NCBI GenBank assembly: GCA_045533905.1
Contig: JAZSIR010000011.1
Coordinates: forward strand, 1-64,000
DNA length: 64,000 bases
Origin: Clostridia bacterium
Lineage (GTDB): Bacteria; Bacillota; Clostridia; UMGS1883; UMGS1540
Reading direction: 5' to 3'
Shown: piece after piece, positions 45,095 to 55,031 of the stretch
How positions within the stretch are numbered: position 1 is the stretch's first letter
How the letters are laid out: each line of letters starts with the position of its first letter
Translations under genes and position numbers: made by a program
Notes under the pieces: model-generated
Seen by the model: the letters and a program-made list of their open reading frames with translations, nothing else
What the model was told of the DNA's origin: nothing
The model's database searches: none

Positions 45095-46636
45095 GTGCAG
45101 ACTTTTTCCGTAAGCCTTTCCCTGCCACCCGAAGGCGGTGACCTTGTAAAAGCAGCCGCCCGAAAGCTTGGCACGGCAGAAAACAATATTACATCCGTTT
45201 CGATTCTCAAACGTTCCATCGATGCACGCCGCGCGCCTCAGTTTGTATACAGCCTTGCCGTGTGCGTAAAAAACGAAAAGAATATCCACGCGCCGGTGTA
45301 CAGGGAACCGGCCCCTTTTTCTGTGCCGAAGGTTTCGCTCCCCCGCCGCCCCGTTGTGGTAGGGCTCGGCCCTGCCGGCCTTTTCGGTGCGCTTATTTTA
45401 GCGCGGGCAGGCGCACGCCCGATTGTACTCGAGCGCGGGGAATCGATTGAAAACCGCGCCGCCACGGTGCAGCAGTTCATGGATGGTGGTGCCCTTTCCC
45501 CCTCTTCCAACGTGCAGTTTGGCGAGGGCGGTGCCGGTGCGTTTTCGGACGGTAAAATCGGCACAGGCATCAAAAGCCCTCTGCTCCGTTTTGTGAAAGA
45601 AACCTTTATCGAGCACGGCGCTCCCGAGGAAATTGCCTTTGATGCGCATCCGCATATCGGGTCGGACCGGCTTCCCGCCGTCGTGCGCGGGATTCGCGAG
45701 GAAATCATTGCGCTCGGCGGCGAAGTGCATTTTTCTTCACAGATGACGGATATAAGAACTGCGGGCGGTACCGTTTCGGCGGTAGAGACGCTCGATGCCA
45801 TATATGAAACCGACGCCGTGCTTCTGGCCGTGGGCCACAGCGCGCGCGACACGTTTTCGCTCCTTCGGGAAAAAGGCGCAGATATGATTGCAAAGCCGTT
45901 TTCGGTGGGTGCGCGTATTGAGCATCCGCGATCTGAAATTGACCGCGCGCTCTACGGCGCGGCCGCCTCTATTCTCCCCGCGGCGGAATACCGCCTTGTC
46001 TGCCATCTTCCCACAGGGCGCTCGGTATACACCTTCTGTATGTGCCCGGGCGGCTATGTTATCCCGGCCGCAAGTGAGGCGGGCGGCGTGGTTACAAACG
46101 GCTACAGCCTCCACGCGCGTGACGGCGAAAATTCCAATGCCGCCGTTTTGGTGGGTATCGGGCCCGAAGATTTTGGCACAGACCCCTTTGATGGCGTACG
46201 CCTTCAGCGTGAAATAGAAGAAGCCGCCTATAAAATAGGCGGCGGCACATATAAAGCACCGTGTCAGCGCGTTTCGGACTTTCTTGCAGACCGCCGCACA
46301 GCTGCCTGCGGCACGGTTTCGCCCACCTATGCCCGCGGCGTATTGCCGGGACATATCGGAGACTGCCTGCCTTCCTTTGTGACGGACGCGATGCGCGAGG
46401 CGCTCCCCGTCTTTGCCAAAAAGCTTTCCCCCTATGGGATGGGAGATGCTCTCCTTACGGCACCGGAAACGCGCAGTTCCTCCCCGCTCCGCATTCTGCG
46501 CGGAGAGGATGGACAAAGCAATCTCCGCGGCCTTTATCCCGCAGGCGAGGGCAGCGGATACGCGGGCGGCATTATGTCCGCCGCGATCGACGGCATCGGC
46601 GCCGCACTTTCTATCCTTTCCGGATCCAGAGTGTAA
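45095..46636 (+). CDS. FAD-dependent oxidoreductase (conserved uncharacterised flavoprotein)
   Basis: VVGLGPAGLF, ERG, FGEGGAG.FSDGK, FCMCPGG, ETRSSSP, GEG.GYAGGI.SAA.DG; GTG start after AAGGAGG. Confidence 0.85.
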   Translation: MQTFSVSLSLPPEGGDLVKAAARKLGTAENNITSVSILKRSIDARRAPQFVYSLAVCVKNEKNIHAPVYREPAPFSVPKVSLPRRPVVVGLGPAGLFGALILARAGARPIVLERGESIENRAATVQQFMDGGALSPSSNVQFGEGGAGAFSDGKIGTGIKSPLLRFVKETFIEHGAPEEIAFDAHPHIGSDRLPAVVRGIREEIIALGGEVHFSSQMTDIRTAGGTVSAVETLDAIYETDAVLLAVGHSARDTFSLLREKGADMIAKPFSVGARIEHPRSEIDRALYGAAASILPAAEYRLVCHLPTGRSVYTFCMCPGGYVIPAASEAGGVVTNGYSLHARDGENSNAAVLVGIGPEDFGTDPFDGVRLQREIEEAAYKIGGGTYKAPCQRVSDFLADRRTAACGTVSPTYARGVLPGHIGDCLPSFVTDAMREALPVFAKKLSPYGMGDALLTAPETRSSSPLRILRGEDGQSNLRGLYPAGEGSGYAGGIMSAAIDGIGAALSILSGSRV

Positions 46637-46883
46637 GCAGCGAAAGCGCACCTACACCCGGAAGGCCGAGCGTGCCCGCCAGAAATGCCGTGACGGGATT
46701 TACCGCAAGCTGCCACCCCCACACCGTGCCGACCGTATTCCCAAGGCACAAAAGCGCACCGCCAAAAAGCATACGGAAAAGGATGCGGCACAAAAACCAA
46801 AGCGGTTTTCTGAAAATCCGCAGGAAAAATATAAGCGCTACAAAAAGAGCAATATAAAAAAGCACTTCCAGATGAAGCTGCAT
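46611..46883 (-). CDS. bofA: Pro-sigmaK processing inhibitor BofA family
   Basis: G..LL..GN..G......NP.T....G.LG.PG pattern; upstream CATATAT is a SigE-like -10. Confidence 0.8.
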   Translation of the reverse strand: MQLHLEVLFYIALFVALIFFLRIFRKPLWFLCRILFRMLFGGALLCLGNTVGTVWGWQLAVNPVTAFLAGTLGLPGVGALSLLTLWIRKG

Positions 46884-46945
46884 GTCCAAAACCCCCTTTT
46901 CAGCATATATATGCACGAAAAGGGAGTTTTAGTATCTCTTTTTAT

Positions 46946-47773
46946 TTAGAGTCTGTTATTTTGCCGGAGCTCTTCGTCAATCACGCTCGTGCCGTAGTAA
47001 ATGTAGGCAAAGGTAGTGGCAGAAAAGCCGAGGGCTGCAAACAGCATAATAAAGCCGAGGTTCAGATAGAAAAGCATAAAGAATACTGCAAAGACCACGA
47101 GACTTGCCAGAAAAACCAGAATACAGCTGGGCAGATGCCGGAGCGTAAGCTGCAGTGCCGTTTTGAGTATGCCGCCGAGGGACATATCCATCGTTACCAT
47201 AAGCGGATAGAGGAAAAAGTGCATCATCAGATACATAAAGAGTATACTGAGTGCGAAAAAGCCGAGTACCATCGATACAAACGGCGGAATCGGCATCGCC
47301 GCGCTGTTTGCAAAATACAGGTACGCCGCGCCGACAAGGACGATGAGAAGGACGATATCCAGGAGGAAGAGAAAGAGGCCTTTCCAGAAATTCTCCTTCG
47401 TGTTGGAAACGAAATCATCCCACACCCAGGCGTGCTCTTCGCGCGCGAAGTTACGAAGTACATACGCGTGCCCTGCGCTGCCCGGGCCTGCGCCCATAAA
47501 GCTTGTAAGAAACAGCGAGAGATATATGCTCATATAAAATACAAAGGCCGTATCTTTGATGGGGCTGAAGGCCATCTGCAAAAAAGTGCCTACCCAGAAG
47601 AACGCAATGAATGCAGGGATGGCAAACAGCGTGTAGGAAAGGCTGAGGCTTACAAGCCGCCAGAATTTCCGAACGAAAATATCGAAAAACAGAAAAAACC
47701 CGCGTTTTTCCGGCCCATCCTTATATACGCCGGGGCCCGGCTTGTCAAAATTAAAAAGTCCAAAAAAACCCAT
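46946..47773 (-). CDS. DUF624/YesL family membrane protein
   Basis: GPGV.K..P, F..F.RKFW.L, GP..AG..YV.RN..R.EH...W.DF....K.NF. Confidence 0.8.
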   Translation of the reverse strand: MGFFGLFNFDKPGPGVYKDGPEKRGFFLFFDIFVRKFWRLVSLSLSYTLFAIPAFIAFFWVGTFLQMAFSPIKDTAFVFYMSIYLSLFLTSFMGAGPGSAGHAYVLRNFAREEHAWVWDDFVSNTKENFWKGLFLFLLDIVLLIVLVGAAYLYFANSAAMPIPPFVSMVLGFFALSILFMYLMMHFFLYPLMVTMDMSLGGILKTALQLTLRHLPSCILVFLASLVVFAVFFMLFYLNLGFIMLFAALGFSATTFAYIYYGTSVIDEELRQNNRL

Positions 47774-47786
47774 TGTAATCTCCTTT

Positions 47787-48413
47787 TTATTTTTCCGTCA
47801 AGGTTTCCACTGCGCGGGGCGGCGTTTTGCCGATATCCTTGCCCGGCACGGTGCGGTAATCAAAGCTGCGGGTAAATTCGCCGATTTCGCCGCGAAGGCG
47901 CGAAAGCTTCTCCGCCATATGCGCATAAAGCACCTTATAAAGTGCCGCATCGCCCTTACCCATTTTTTCGGAAAGCGCATAAAAATGCGAAAGGCATACT
48001 CCCTCTGTGCTGAGATATTTTTCGAGAAACTCCGGTTCTTTCCGGAGAAGCCACAGGCAGTTTTCCAGACACTTATCCATCTGCCCGTCCCGCCGTGCAC
48101 AAACGGCGCACGTTTTTCCGCGATGCTTACCGGGCTTTTTGGCTTTTAGGAATTCTTTTTCGAGCGTATCGAGCCTCGTTTCCAGTGCCAGCATCAGCGG
48201 CAGTTTCTTCTGCATCCCGAGCATAGCCTCACCATGTGTGCGGCAAAAGCCGAGCGCATTCGTTTCGATGCGCACCGAAGGCTCCATTACCGCCGCGCCC
48301 ATATAATATTCGAGTGCTCTTTCTGTAAGGTCCTTTTCAATTTTGCAGAGGAAGCAGGAATGGCCTTCCTCGAGTGCTTCTGTAAGCGGAATCGTGTAGT
48401 TATGCTCTTTCAT
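47787..48413 (-). CDS. DUF6062-like protein with CxxC/CxxH motifs
   Basis: YTIP..EA....C.LC, VMEP..RI.TN..GFC..H, CAVC, CL.H, F..SFDYR. Confidence 0.7.
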   Translation of the reverse strand: MKEHNYTIPLTEALEEGHSCFLCKIEKDLTERALEYYMGAAVMEPSVRIETNALGFCRTHGEAMLGMQKKLPLMLALETRLDTLEKEFLKAKKPGKHRGKTCAVCARRDGQMDKCLENCLWLLRKEPEFLEKYLSTEGVCLSHFYALSEKMGKGDAALYKVLYAHMAEKLSRLRGEIGEFTRSFDYRTVPGKDIGKTPPRAVETLTEK

Positions 48414-48940
48414 ATAAGCTTTCCCTCCCGCACCGTTCGCAGAAACGAATGAAAATACAAAATGAACGCCAGCGTAGCCACACATACGGGAAGCCACTCG
48501 GCAAAGCCGCGCCAGAATGCGGACATTTTTTCATAAAACAGAAGAAGGGACATCACGGAAAACGATGTGACAACCGTGGCCATCTTGCCGTACCAGTTCG
48601 CGGCCACCACGATTTTCTTCCGGTATAAAAAGAGGCCACCCAAAAACATCATACATTCTTTTGCCAGAATGACGCCTACGGCCAGAAAGGGCATCCGGTC
48701 GCAAATGGCAAGAGAAATGAGCACGGTAAGCTGCATACCTTTATCAGCAAGAGGGTCCAGCAGTTTTCCGATATCGGTAACCATCGAGAATCTGCGGGCA
48801 ATGTAGCCATCCAGAATATCCGTAAGGCACGCGGCAAAAAATACGACTGCCGCAGCCCCAAATGCATCCAGCGAAAACATATAGGCTGCAAGCGGTATCA
48901 TACAAAGCCGAAGCAGTGTTAAAAAATTCGCGATGTTCAA
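48410..48940 (-). CDS. pgsA: CDP-diacylglycerol--glycerol-3-phosphate 3-phosphatidyltransferase
   Basis: N.LT.LR, TD.LDG.IAR......GK.LDPLADK, GK.AT; TTG start after GGAG. Confidence 0.88.
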   Translation of the reverse strand: MNIANFLTLLRLCMIPLAAYMFSLDAFGAAAVVFFAACLTDILDGYIARRFSMVTDIGKLLDPLADKGMQLTVLISLAICDRMPFLAVGVILAKECMMFLGGLFLYRKKIVVAANWYGKMATVVTSFSVMSLLLFYEKMSAFWRGFAEWLPVCVATLAFILYFHSFLRTVREGKLI

Positions 48941-49122
48941 AAAGCTCCCCTCCGTTCCATCAAAAAGTAAAGGATGCTGCCGAAGTTTTGTCTTTTGCAA
49001 AAACCAATAATATATTATTATAGTATATCCGTTTGGAATTTGCAACCATTTTTGTGATTTTTTCAACGGACACTTGACCTTTTCGCAAAATCGGTATATA
49101 CTACTATGCGAGGTGAATTTTT

Positions 49123-49644
49123 ATGAAACAACATCTTGTGACTGCAGGAAAGCTTTTTCTCGACCGGCTTCTTTTTAACATTGTCGCACTTCTTCTCCTG
49201 CCGTTTTGCATTGCTATGATTGATATGATGCAGGGTGGCCCCATCCTCTTTTCGGTCACTGTCTGTATGCTCTATCTCGGCATTATCTATGACCTTCTCT
49301 GGAAAGTCGGAAAACACGACAGGCAGTCCTACGCCACAGAAAAATATTACGCCTTAAAAGGCCTTGTCATCGGGCTTATCAGCGAAATCCCGTTCCTTAT
49401 CCTCTTTCTGTTTCTCGCATGGAACCCCTCCGCGCAGGGCTTTTTCGCCCTCTATCGCGTCATCGCCGTCGGGGCATACATGGGATTTTTGCCCGAAACA
49501 CATTTCACCGTAGGGTACGGCCTTGTGCTTCTGATAGCGCCCCTTTTCACTACGCTCGGATACATCGTCGGCCACAGGCGGCCGGATTATGAGAATAAAA
49601 GTTTCTGGCATCATATCTTCTACAGAAAGAAAAAATCCAAATAA
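49123..49644 (+). CDS. Hypothetical membrane protein
   Basis: GAGGTG RBS; upstream TTGACC..TATACT promoter; several TM segments. Confidence 0.7.
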   Translation: MKQHLVTAGKLFLDRLLFNIVALLLLPFCIAMIDMMQGGPILFSVTVCMLYLGIIYDLLWKVGKHDRQSYATEKYYALKGLVIGLISEIPFLILFLFLAWNPSAQGFFALYRVIAVGAYMGFLPETHFTVGYGLVLLIAPLFTTLGYIVGHRRPDYENKSFWHHIFYRKKKSK

Positions 49645-49676
49645 AAATTGCGGCTCCGTTCGGGGCCGCAATTTTT
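49645..49676. terminator. Bidirectional terminator
   Basis: AAAATTGCGGCTCC-gttc-GGGGCCGCAATTTT between convergent genes. Confidence 0.8.
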
Positions 49677-50616
49677 AATAGCCGATTTCCCGGGCACTTT
49701 GCCAAAGCACTTTCGCACTTTCGCGAAGTGCTTTTTCTTCTGCCTCCGAAAGCGGCGGTGTTATGGCCTTGCCGATGCCCGCAGCTGAGACTGTGCGCGG
49801 AAGCGAAAGGCAAACGTCCCGGATGCCGTATTCCCCTGTGCAAAGGCCGGAAACGGTGAGAACTGCATTCTCTGCGCCGCCCATTGCGCGTACAATGCGC
49901 TCGGCACACATCGCCACAGCAAAGTACGTGGCGCCCTTTTTTTCCACAATCTCGTACGCCGCATTTTTTACATTCCGGCGGATTTCCGAAAGGCTTTGTC
50001 CGTCGCAGGTGCCGCAATGGCTGCAATATGCCGCAATGGGAAGCCCTGCGATTGTGGCGGCGTGCCATGCCACTACCTCGCTGTCGCCGTGCTCACCGAT
50101 GACGAGCGCATGAATATTTCTCGCATCAATCCGCGTATGCGACGAAAGGAGCGCGCGGATGCGCGCTGTATCGAGCACCGTGCCGCTACCGATAACGCGG
50201 GCGGGCGAAATATCCGTGATTTTCAGCGTGATATATGTCAGAATATCCACAGGGTTAGTCACAACCAGAAAGAGCGTTTCTGCGCTCGCATAGCGCATTG
50301 CCTCTTCCAGAATACTTTTGAAAACGGCGGCATTGCGGGATAGAAGGTCCAGCCGTGTTTCGCCCTTTTTCTGTGCGGCGCCTGCGGCTAAAACCACAAT
50401 GTCCGCCCCCGTAATATCCGCATATGTGCCTGCATAAATTTTAGAAGGACGAACAAAGGGGGTGCCATGCATAATATCCATGGCCTCCCCTTCTGCTTTT
50501 TTTCTGTCTATATCAATAAGTACGATTTCACGCACAGTTTCTTTTGCCATCAGCGTGTAGCCGATTGCAGAGCCTACAAAGCCTGCGCCGATAATCACAA
50601 TTTTTCTGTCCTTCAC
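49675..50616 (-). CDS. ldh: L-lactate dehydrogenase
   Basis: IGAGFVG, AAQKKGETRLDL (Gln in the specificity loop), NPVD, SGTVLDTAR, GEHGDS, KGATY; GTG start. Confidence 0.9.
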   Translation of the reverse strand: MKDRKIVIIGAGFVGSAIGYTLMAKETVREIVLIDIDRKKAEGEAMDIMHGTPFVRPSKIYAGTYADITGADIVVLAAGAAQKKGETRLDLLSRNAAVFKSILEEAMRYASAETLFLVVTNPVDILTYITLKITDISPARVIGSGTVLDTARIRALLSSHTRIDARNIHALVIGEHGDSEVVAWHAATIAGLPIAAYCSHCGTCDGQSLSEIRRNVKNAAYEIVEKKGATYFAVAMCAERIVRAMGGAENAVLTVSGLCTGEYGIRDVCLSLPRTVSAAGIGKAITPPLSEAEEKALRESAKVLWQSAREIGY

Positions 50617-50668
50617 TTTCCTCACCTCAGAAAAAGTTTGCCCTCTTTCTGAAGAAATATACGGAAAA

Positions 50669-51427
50669 TCAAGAAATGCCGAGAAGTCTTTCCGCGTTTT
50701 TGTATGCAATTTTTTCAAGGTCTTCCGTGGAAAGCTTCTCAAATAGTACGCCCTCCGTATACATTCCGGGATTGCAGGACGGAAAATCGGTGCCGAATAA
50801 AATGCGGTCTGCCCCCACCGTTTTCACGGCGTACTCAAGCATCGTGTAGCGGAAAAGACCTGTGCCGGAAATATCGAGATACATATTCTCAAAATCCAGC
50901 ATTCTTTGAAGGTGCGCGCGGAACGGGCCGGGCTCGTTCGGGTGCGCGAATACAAATTTCAGCTTTGGAAATGCCGAGAGTACGGCGCGCATATCTTCAT
51001 CATCGGTCGGGTGACAGCTTATGACCATACCGAGTTCCTCACAAAGTGCAAAAATTTCTGCACAGTCGCGGTACTGCCAGCCGCCCTGCGAATACGGCGT
51101 AAGCTCGCCGATTAAACGAAAGCCCTTTTTATGTACGTTTTCAACCAGCTCACAGCTTTCTTGGGTGTAATTCGGGTCTACGCGAAAACCGGGAACAAAA
51201 AAGTCCGGATGTGCCTCGTAAATCTCCATAACAATTTCGTTTTCGCGGCGCAGTTTTTCGCCGAAATCCGAATGCTTTGTAAGAACGGAGCCTGCCGCAC
51301 GGGTAATGCCCACCTTTTCAAGTAGCCTTCTTTGCTCATCATAGCCACGCGGCGCATCCTTTGCATAATGCGCAATATTTTCCGGTCGTTCCATATACGG
51401 ATGGGTATGAAAATCAAAAAAACGCAT
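50669..51427 (-). CDS. Amidohydrolase_2 family metallohydrolase, paralog B
   Basis: FDFHTH, IGEL, SCHP, FAHP, YLD.SG, ILFGTDFP, NA.RL. Confidence 0.88.
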   Translation of the reverse strand: MRFFDFHTHPYMERPENIAHYAKDAPRGYDEQRRLLEKVGITRAAGSVLTKHSDFGEKLRRENEIVMEIYEAHPDFFVPGFRVDPNYTQESCELVENVHKKGFRLIGELTPYSQGGWQYRDCAEIFALCEELGMVISCHPTDDEDMRAVLSAFPKLKFVFAHPNEPGPFRAHLQRMLDFENMYLDISGTGLFRYTMLEYAVKTVGADRILFGTDFPSCNPGMYTEGVLFEKLSTEDLEKIAYKNAERLLGIS

Positions 51428-51439
51428 GTCTCTTCTCCT

Positions 51440-52204
51440 TTAGTTAAGACCCAAAAGTCTTTCGGCGTTCTTATAGGCAATTTTCTCGAGGTTTTCCGTG
51501 CCGATTTCCTCAAACTGCACGCCGCCTACATACATACCTGCATTGCAAATGGGGTAATCCGTGCCGAACAAAATGCGATCCGCCCCCACACATTCAAGGC
51601 CGTGCTCGAGCATCGTAAAGCGGAAGAGACCGGTGCCGGAAAGGTCAAGATACGCATTGTCAAAGTCGCGTATTCTATCAAGATGCGCCTTATACGAAGG
51701 CACTTCACCGGGATGTGCAAATACAAAGGTAAGATGCGGAAATTCGCGGCAAACCGCGCGCATATCCTCATCATCCGTGGGGTGACAGCTTACGACCATA
51801 CCGAGTTCCTCTGCAAGGGCAAAAATCTCCCCGCAGTCCCGATACTGCCAGCCACCTGCCGACTGCGGCGTAAGCTCACCGATGAGACGGAAGCCTCTTT
51901 TATGCATCCACTCCAGAAGCTCGCAGCTTTCCCTCGTGTAATTCGGGTCCACGCGGAAGCCGGGCACGTAGAAATCGGGATGTTCTTCATAAATCTGCAG
52001 TGCAATTTCATTTTCGCGGCGCATTCTTTCTCCGAAATCCATACCGTCGCGGCGTACGAGTACGGAGCCCGCCGCGCGGGTAATGCCGATGCTTTCAAGC
52101 GCCTTTCTCTGGTGCGCATAGCCTGTTTCCTCGCTCGGCAGATATATCGTTATGTTCTCGGGTTTTTCAATATACGGATGCGTGTGAAAATCAAAAAAAT
52201 GCAT
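51440..52204 (-). CDS. Amidohydrolase_2 family metallohydrolase, paralog A
   Basis: Same motifs; clearly homologous to 50669-51427; GGAGG RBS. Confidence 0.88.
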   Translation of the reverse strand: MHFFDFHTHPYIEKPENITIYLPSEETGYAHQRKALESIGITRAAGSVLVRRDGMDFGERMRRENEIALQIYEEHPDFYVPGFRVDPNYTRESCELLEWMHKRGFRLIGELTPQSAGGWQYRDCGEIFALAEELGMVVSCHPTDDEDMRAVCREFPHLTFVFAHPGEVPSYKAHLDRIRDFDNAYLDLSGTGLFRFTMLEHGLECVGADRILFGTDYPICNAGMYVGGVQFEEIGTENLEKIAYKNAERLLGLN

Positions 52205-52321
52205 AAAACCGCCTCCTTTTCCTTTATTATAAACACCTCCTCCTCCTTTGTCAAGGCCAAAATTCGCCACTTGCAATTGCCTCTTTCCTATGGTAAGATA
52301 AAAGAAAAAGGAGGTGCCCGC

Positions 52322-53572
52322 GTGGAGCGTTTGATTTTTCATATTGATGTAAACAGCGCGTATTTATCCTGGGAAGCCGTGCGGCATCTCGAAAAAACGG
52401 GTGAAGATATCCGCCTTATTCCCTCCGCCATCGGTGGCGACCGTGAAAAGCGTACGGGCGTGATTCTGGCGAAATCCATCCCCTCTAAAAAATTCGGCAT
52501 CAAAACGGGCGAACCTGTCGCAATGGCGCTTCGAAAATGTCCCTCTCTCTTTCTGGCAAAACCGGATTTCCGGCTGTATGAACGGTCCTCCGCCGCTTTT
52601 ATGGAGATCTGCCGCGACTATACGCCCGTTCTCGAAAAATTTTCGATTGACGAGTGCTTTCTCGATATGACGGGAACAGAGCTTTTATTTCCGAATCCCG
52701 TAAAAACAGCGCACGAAATCCAAGACAGAATCCGACGGGAGCTTGGGTTTACGGTCAACATCGGCATCGGCGAAAACAAGCTCCTTGCCAAAATGGCCAG
52801 CGACTTCGAAAAGCCCGACCGCGTGCATACGCTTTTCAGACACGAAATCGAGAAAAAACTCTGGCCGCTTCCCGTGGACGCCCTCTTTATGGCGGGCCGT
52901 TCCACGGCGGAAAAATTAAAAAAACTGAATGTAAATACAATCGGGGAAATTGTTTCTATGGGCGTACATACGCTCGAATCCGTATTCGGTCCGCGGCTCG
53001 GCGCGCAGCTTTTTGCACGCGCCTCGGGCGAGGATGATTCGCCCGTTTTGGCTGTCCCCGAAAAAGCAAAGGGCTACAGTATTTCCACAACCCTTGAGGA
53101 GGATGTGGAAACGGAAGAGGCCGCGCAGCACATCCTCCTTGCACTTTCCGACAGTGTTGCCGCCCGTATGCGGGCAGACGGAGCCTCGGCCTCTTGCATT
53201 GCCGTTACTATCCGTGCAAACGACTTCAAAAATCATTCGCATCAGGAAACGCTCTCCGCGCCGACAGACGGCACGATGGAAATTTATGAACATGCCTGCC
53301 GCCTTTTCCACGCACTTTGGGACAGGCGTACACCGCTTCGGCTTTTAGGCATCTCTCTGACCCAGCTTTCCCGCGAAGAAAGTGCCCAATTTTCTTTCTT
53401 CACCGATGAAAAGCGGGAAAAAGAAGAGCAGCTTGACAAAACGATGGATTCTATCCGCGCGCGTTTTGGCCGCGGAACACTCTCACGGGGGACCCTCTAT
53501 CGTGCCCCGCTTTCGATTGGCAAAAAATACGAAGCCGAAACAGAGGCTATAGAAAAACGGCAGTCCGAATAG
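52322..53572 (+). CDS. dinB: DNA polymerase IV (Y family)
   Basis: FHIDVNSAY, FSIDECFLD, NKLLAKMASD.EKP, RLLG; GTG start after AAGGAGG. Confidence 0.92.
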   Translation: MERLIFHIDVNSAYLSWEAVRHLEKTGEDIRLIPSAIGGDREKRTGVILAKSIPSKKFGIKTGEPVAMALRKCPSLFLAKPDFRLYERSSAAFMEICRDYTPVLEKFSIDECFLDMTGTELLFPNPVKTAHEIQDRIRRELGFTVNIGIGENKLLAKMASDFEKPDRVHTLFRHEIEKKLWPLPVDALFMAGRSTAEKLKKLNVNTIGEIVSMGVHTLESVFGPRLGAQLFARASGEDDSPVLAVPEKAKGYSISTTLEEDVETEEAAQHILLALSDSVAARMRADGASASCIAVTIRANDFKNHSHQETLSAPTDGTMEIYEHACRLFHALWDRRTPLRLLGISLTQLSREESAQFSFFTDEKREKEEQLDKTMDSIRARFGRGTLSRGTLYRAPLSIGKKYEAETEAIEKRQSE

Positions 53573-53584
53573 GACTGCCGTTTT
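53553..53584. terminator. Bidirectional terminator overlapping the dinB stop
   Basis: AAAACGGCAGTCC-gaata-GGACTGCCGTTTT. Confidence 0.8.
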
Positions 53585-53597
53585 CGTATGGGTCTGA

Positions 53598-53870
53598 TTA
53601 TTTTACGCTTTCTTTCAGAGCTTTGCCAGCCTTGAATACCGGAACCTTTGCGGCCGGAATCATGACTTCTGCACCTGTCTGCGGGTTCTTGCCCTTGCGA
53701 GCTGCGCGCTGACGGGTTTCGAATGTGCCAAAGCCTACGAGCTGTACCTTGCCGCCATCTGCGAGTACATCGGTGATGGTGTTGATAGCAACTGCCAGAG
53801 CCTTGTCAGCATCCTTCTTGGAAAGTTCTGCGTTTGCTGCGATTGCAGCTACGAGTTCTGCCTTATTCAT
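53598..53870 (-). CDS. hup: Histone-like DNA-binding protein HU
   Basis: MNKAELV, V.LVGFGTF, R.G.NPQTG, P.FKAGK.LK. Confidence 0.97.
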   Translation of the reverse strand: MNKAELVAAIAANAELSKKDADKALAVAINTITDVLADGGKVQLVGFGTFETRQRAARKGKNPQTGAEVMIPAAKVPVFKAGKALKESVK

Positions 53871-53965
53871 GGTTTTTCCTCCTTCCGGGAAGCAATAGCC
53901 ACCCGCATCTTACCTTATATCTGCATACTGCATAAAGCAGTACGGGATATGCATACAGTGGAAAA

Positions 53966-54361
53966 CTATCTCTTCGAGAACTGCGGTGCGCGACGAGCAG
54001 CCTTGAGACCGTATTTCTTTCTTTCCTTCATTCTCGGGTCACGAGTGAGGAAGCCTGCCTTCTTCAGAACTGCACGATTGTTTTCGTCAACAATCAGAAG
54101 TGCTCTTGCAATGCCGTGACGGATTGCACCGGCCTGACCGGTAACACCGCCGCCTGCAACCTTACATACAACGTCCATTTTGCCGAGGTTGCCGGTAATG
54201 TCGAGCGGCTGACGTACGATAGTCTTTAATGTTTCAAGACCAAAATATTCGTCAATGTTTCTGCCGTTTACGGTTACATTGCCCGTACCGGGGAAAAGGC
54301 GTACCCTGGCAACGGATTTCTTTCTTCTGCCTGTGCCGTAGAATTCAGTTTTTTCTGCCAT
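53966..54361 (-). CDS. rpsI: 30S ribosomal protein S9
   Basis: [31 protein letters not shown]...AR..PQFSKR. Confidence 0.98.
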   Translation of the reverse strand: MAEKTEFYGTGRRKKSVARVRLFPGTGNVTVNGRNIDEYFGLETLKTIVRQPLDITGNLGKMDVVCKVAGGGVTGQAGAIRHGIARALLIVDENNRAVLKKAGFLTRDPRMKERKKYGLKAARRAPQFSKR

Positions 54362-54375
54362 AATCTGTTACCTCC

Positions 54376-54801
54376 TTATTCCCAAACTTCGGGCTTCTGT
54401 GCCGCGTGCTTATGCTCTGCATCTTTGTAGACACGAAGTCTTGTGAGAGCTTCTCTGCCGATTGTGGTGTCCGGAATCATACCTTTGATTGCCAGAAGCA
54501 TTGCACGATCAGCATTTGTGCGCATCATAGCGCGTGCGCTGGTTTCCTTAAGGCCACCAACATAACCGCTGTGTCTGTAGTAAGATTTCTGGTCGAGCTT
54601 CTTACCTGTGAAGACAGCTTCGTTGCAGTTGATAATGATAACATGGTCACCACAGTCAACGTGCGGGGTATAGGTCGGCTTATGCTTGCCGCGCAGAAGT
54701 GTGGCTGCAATTGTAGCTACACGACCAACGGGTTTGCCTGCCGCATCGATAATGTACCAGTTTCTTTTCACATCAGCCGGCTTTGTCATAAAAGTACTCA
54801 T
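54376..54801 (-). CDS. rplM: 50S ribosomal protein L13
   Basis: W.IIDA....GR.A, L.GKHKP.YTPH.DCGD, HSGY.GGLK, H.AQ.P. Confidence 0.98.
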   Translation of the reverse strand: MSTFMTKPADVKRNWYIIDAAGKPVGRVATIAATLLRGKHKPTYTPHVDCGDHVIIINCNEAVFTGKKLDQKSYYRHSGYVGGLKETSARAMMRTNADRAMLLAIKGMIPDTTIGREALTRLRVYKDAEHKHAAQKPEVWE

Positions 54802-54837
54802 GTGCTTTTCCCTCCATTTTTATTCGAATGCTTGCAT

Positions 54838-54866
54838 ATTATACGCCACAAAATTCCTTTTGTCAA
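54838..54866 (-). promoter_or_regulatory. SigA promoter of rplM-rpsI
   Basis: Minus strand TTGACA (54861-54866), 17 bp, TATAAT (54838-54843). Confidence 0.75.
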
Positions 54867-55031
54867 TAGGTTTTTTGAAAAAATTTATTTTTATTTTGCA
54901 TTACTCTCGTTTTCTCTCTTTTTCTCGTTTTTTCTCTTGTTTTCTCACGCGCCATTTTTGTTTTTCGTGCTATTGACTGCCCAAAAAAAATATGGTACAA
55001 TAAGAAAAAACAAGAAAACTGGGAGAATTGT

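Noticed and set aside
51332-52321. Apparent 330-aa N-terminal extension making a 746-aa DinB fusion
   Set aside because: The extension is antisense to an amidohydrolase; the real start is GTG 52322 behind AAGGAGG and a promoter.
53915-53950. Hairpin between rpsI and hup
   Set aside because: Short imperfect stem without a U-tract; most simply an mRNA stability or processing structure, too weak to call.
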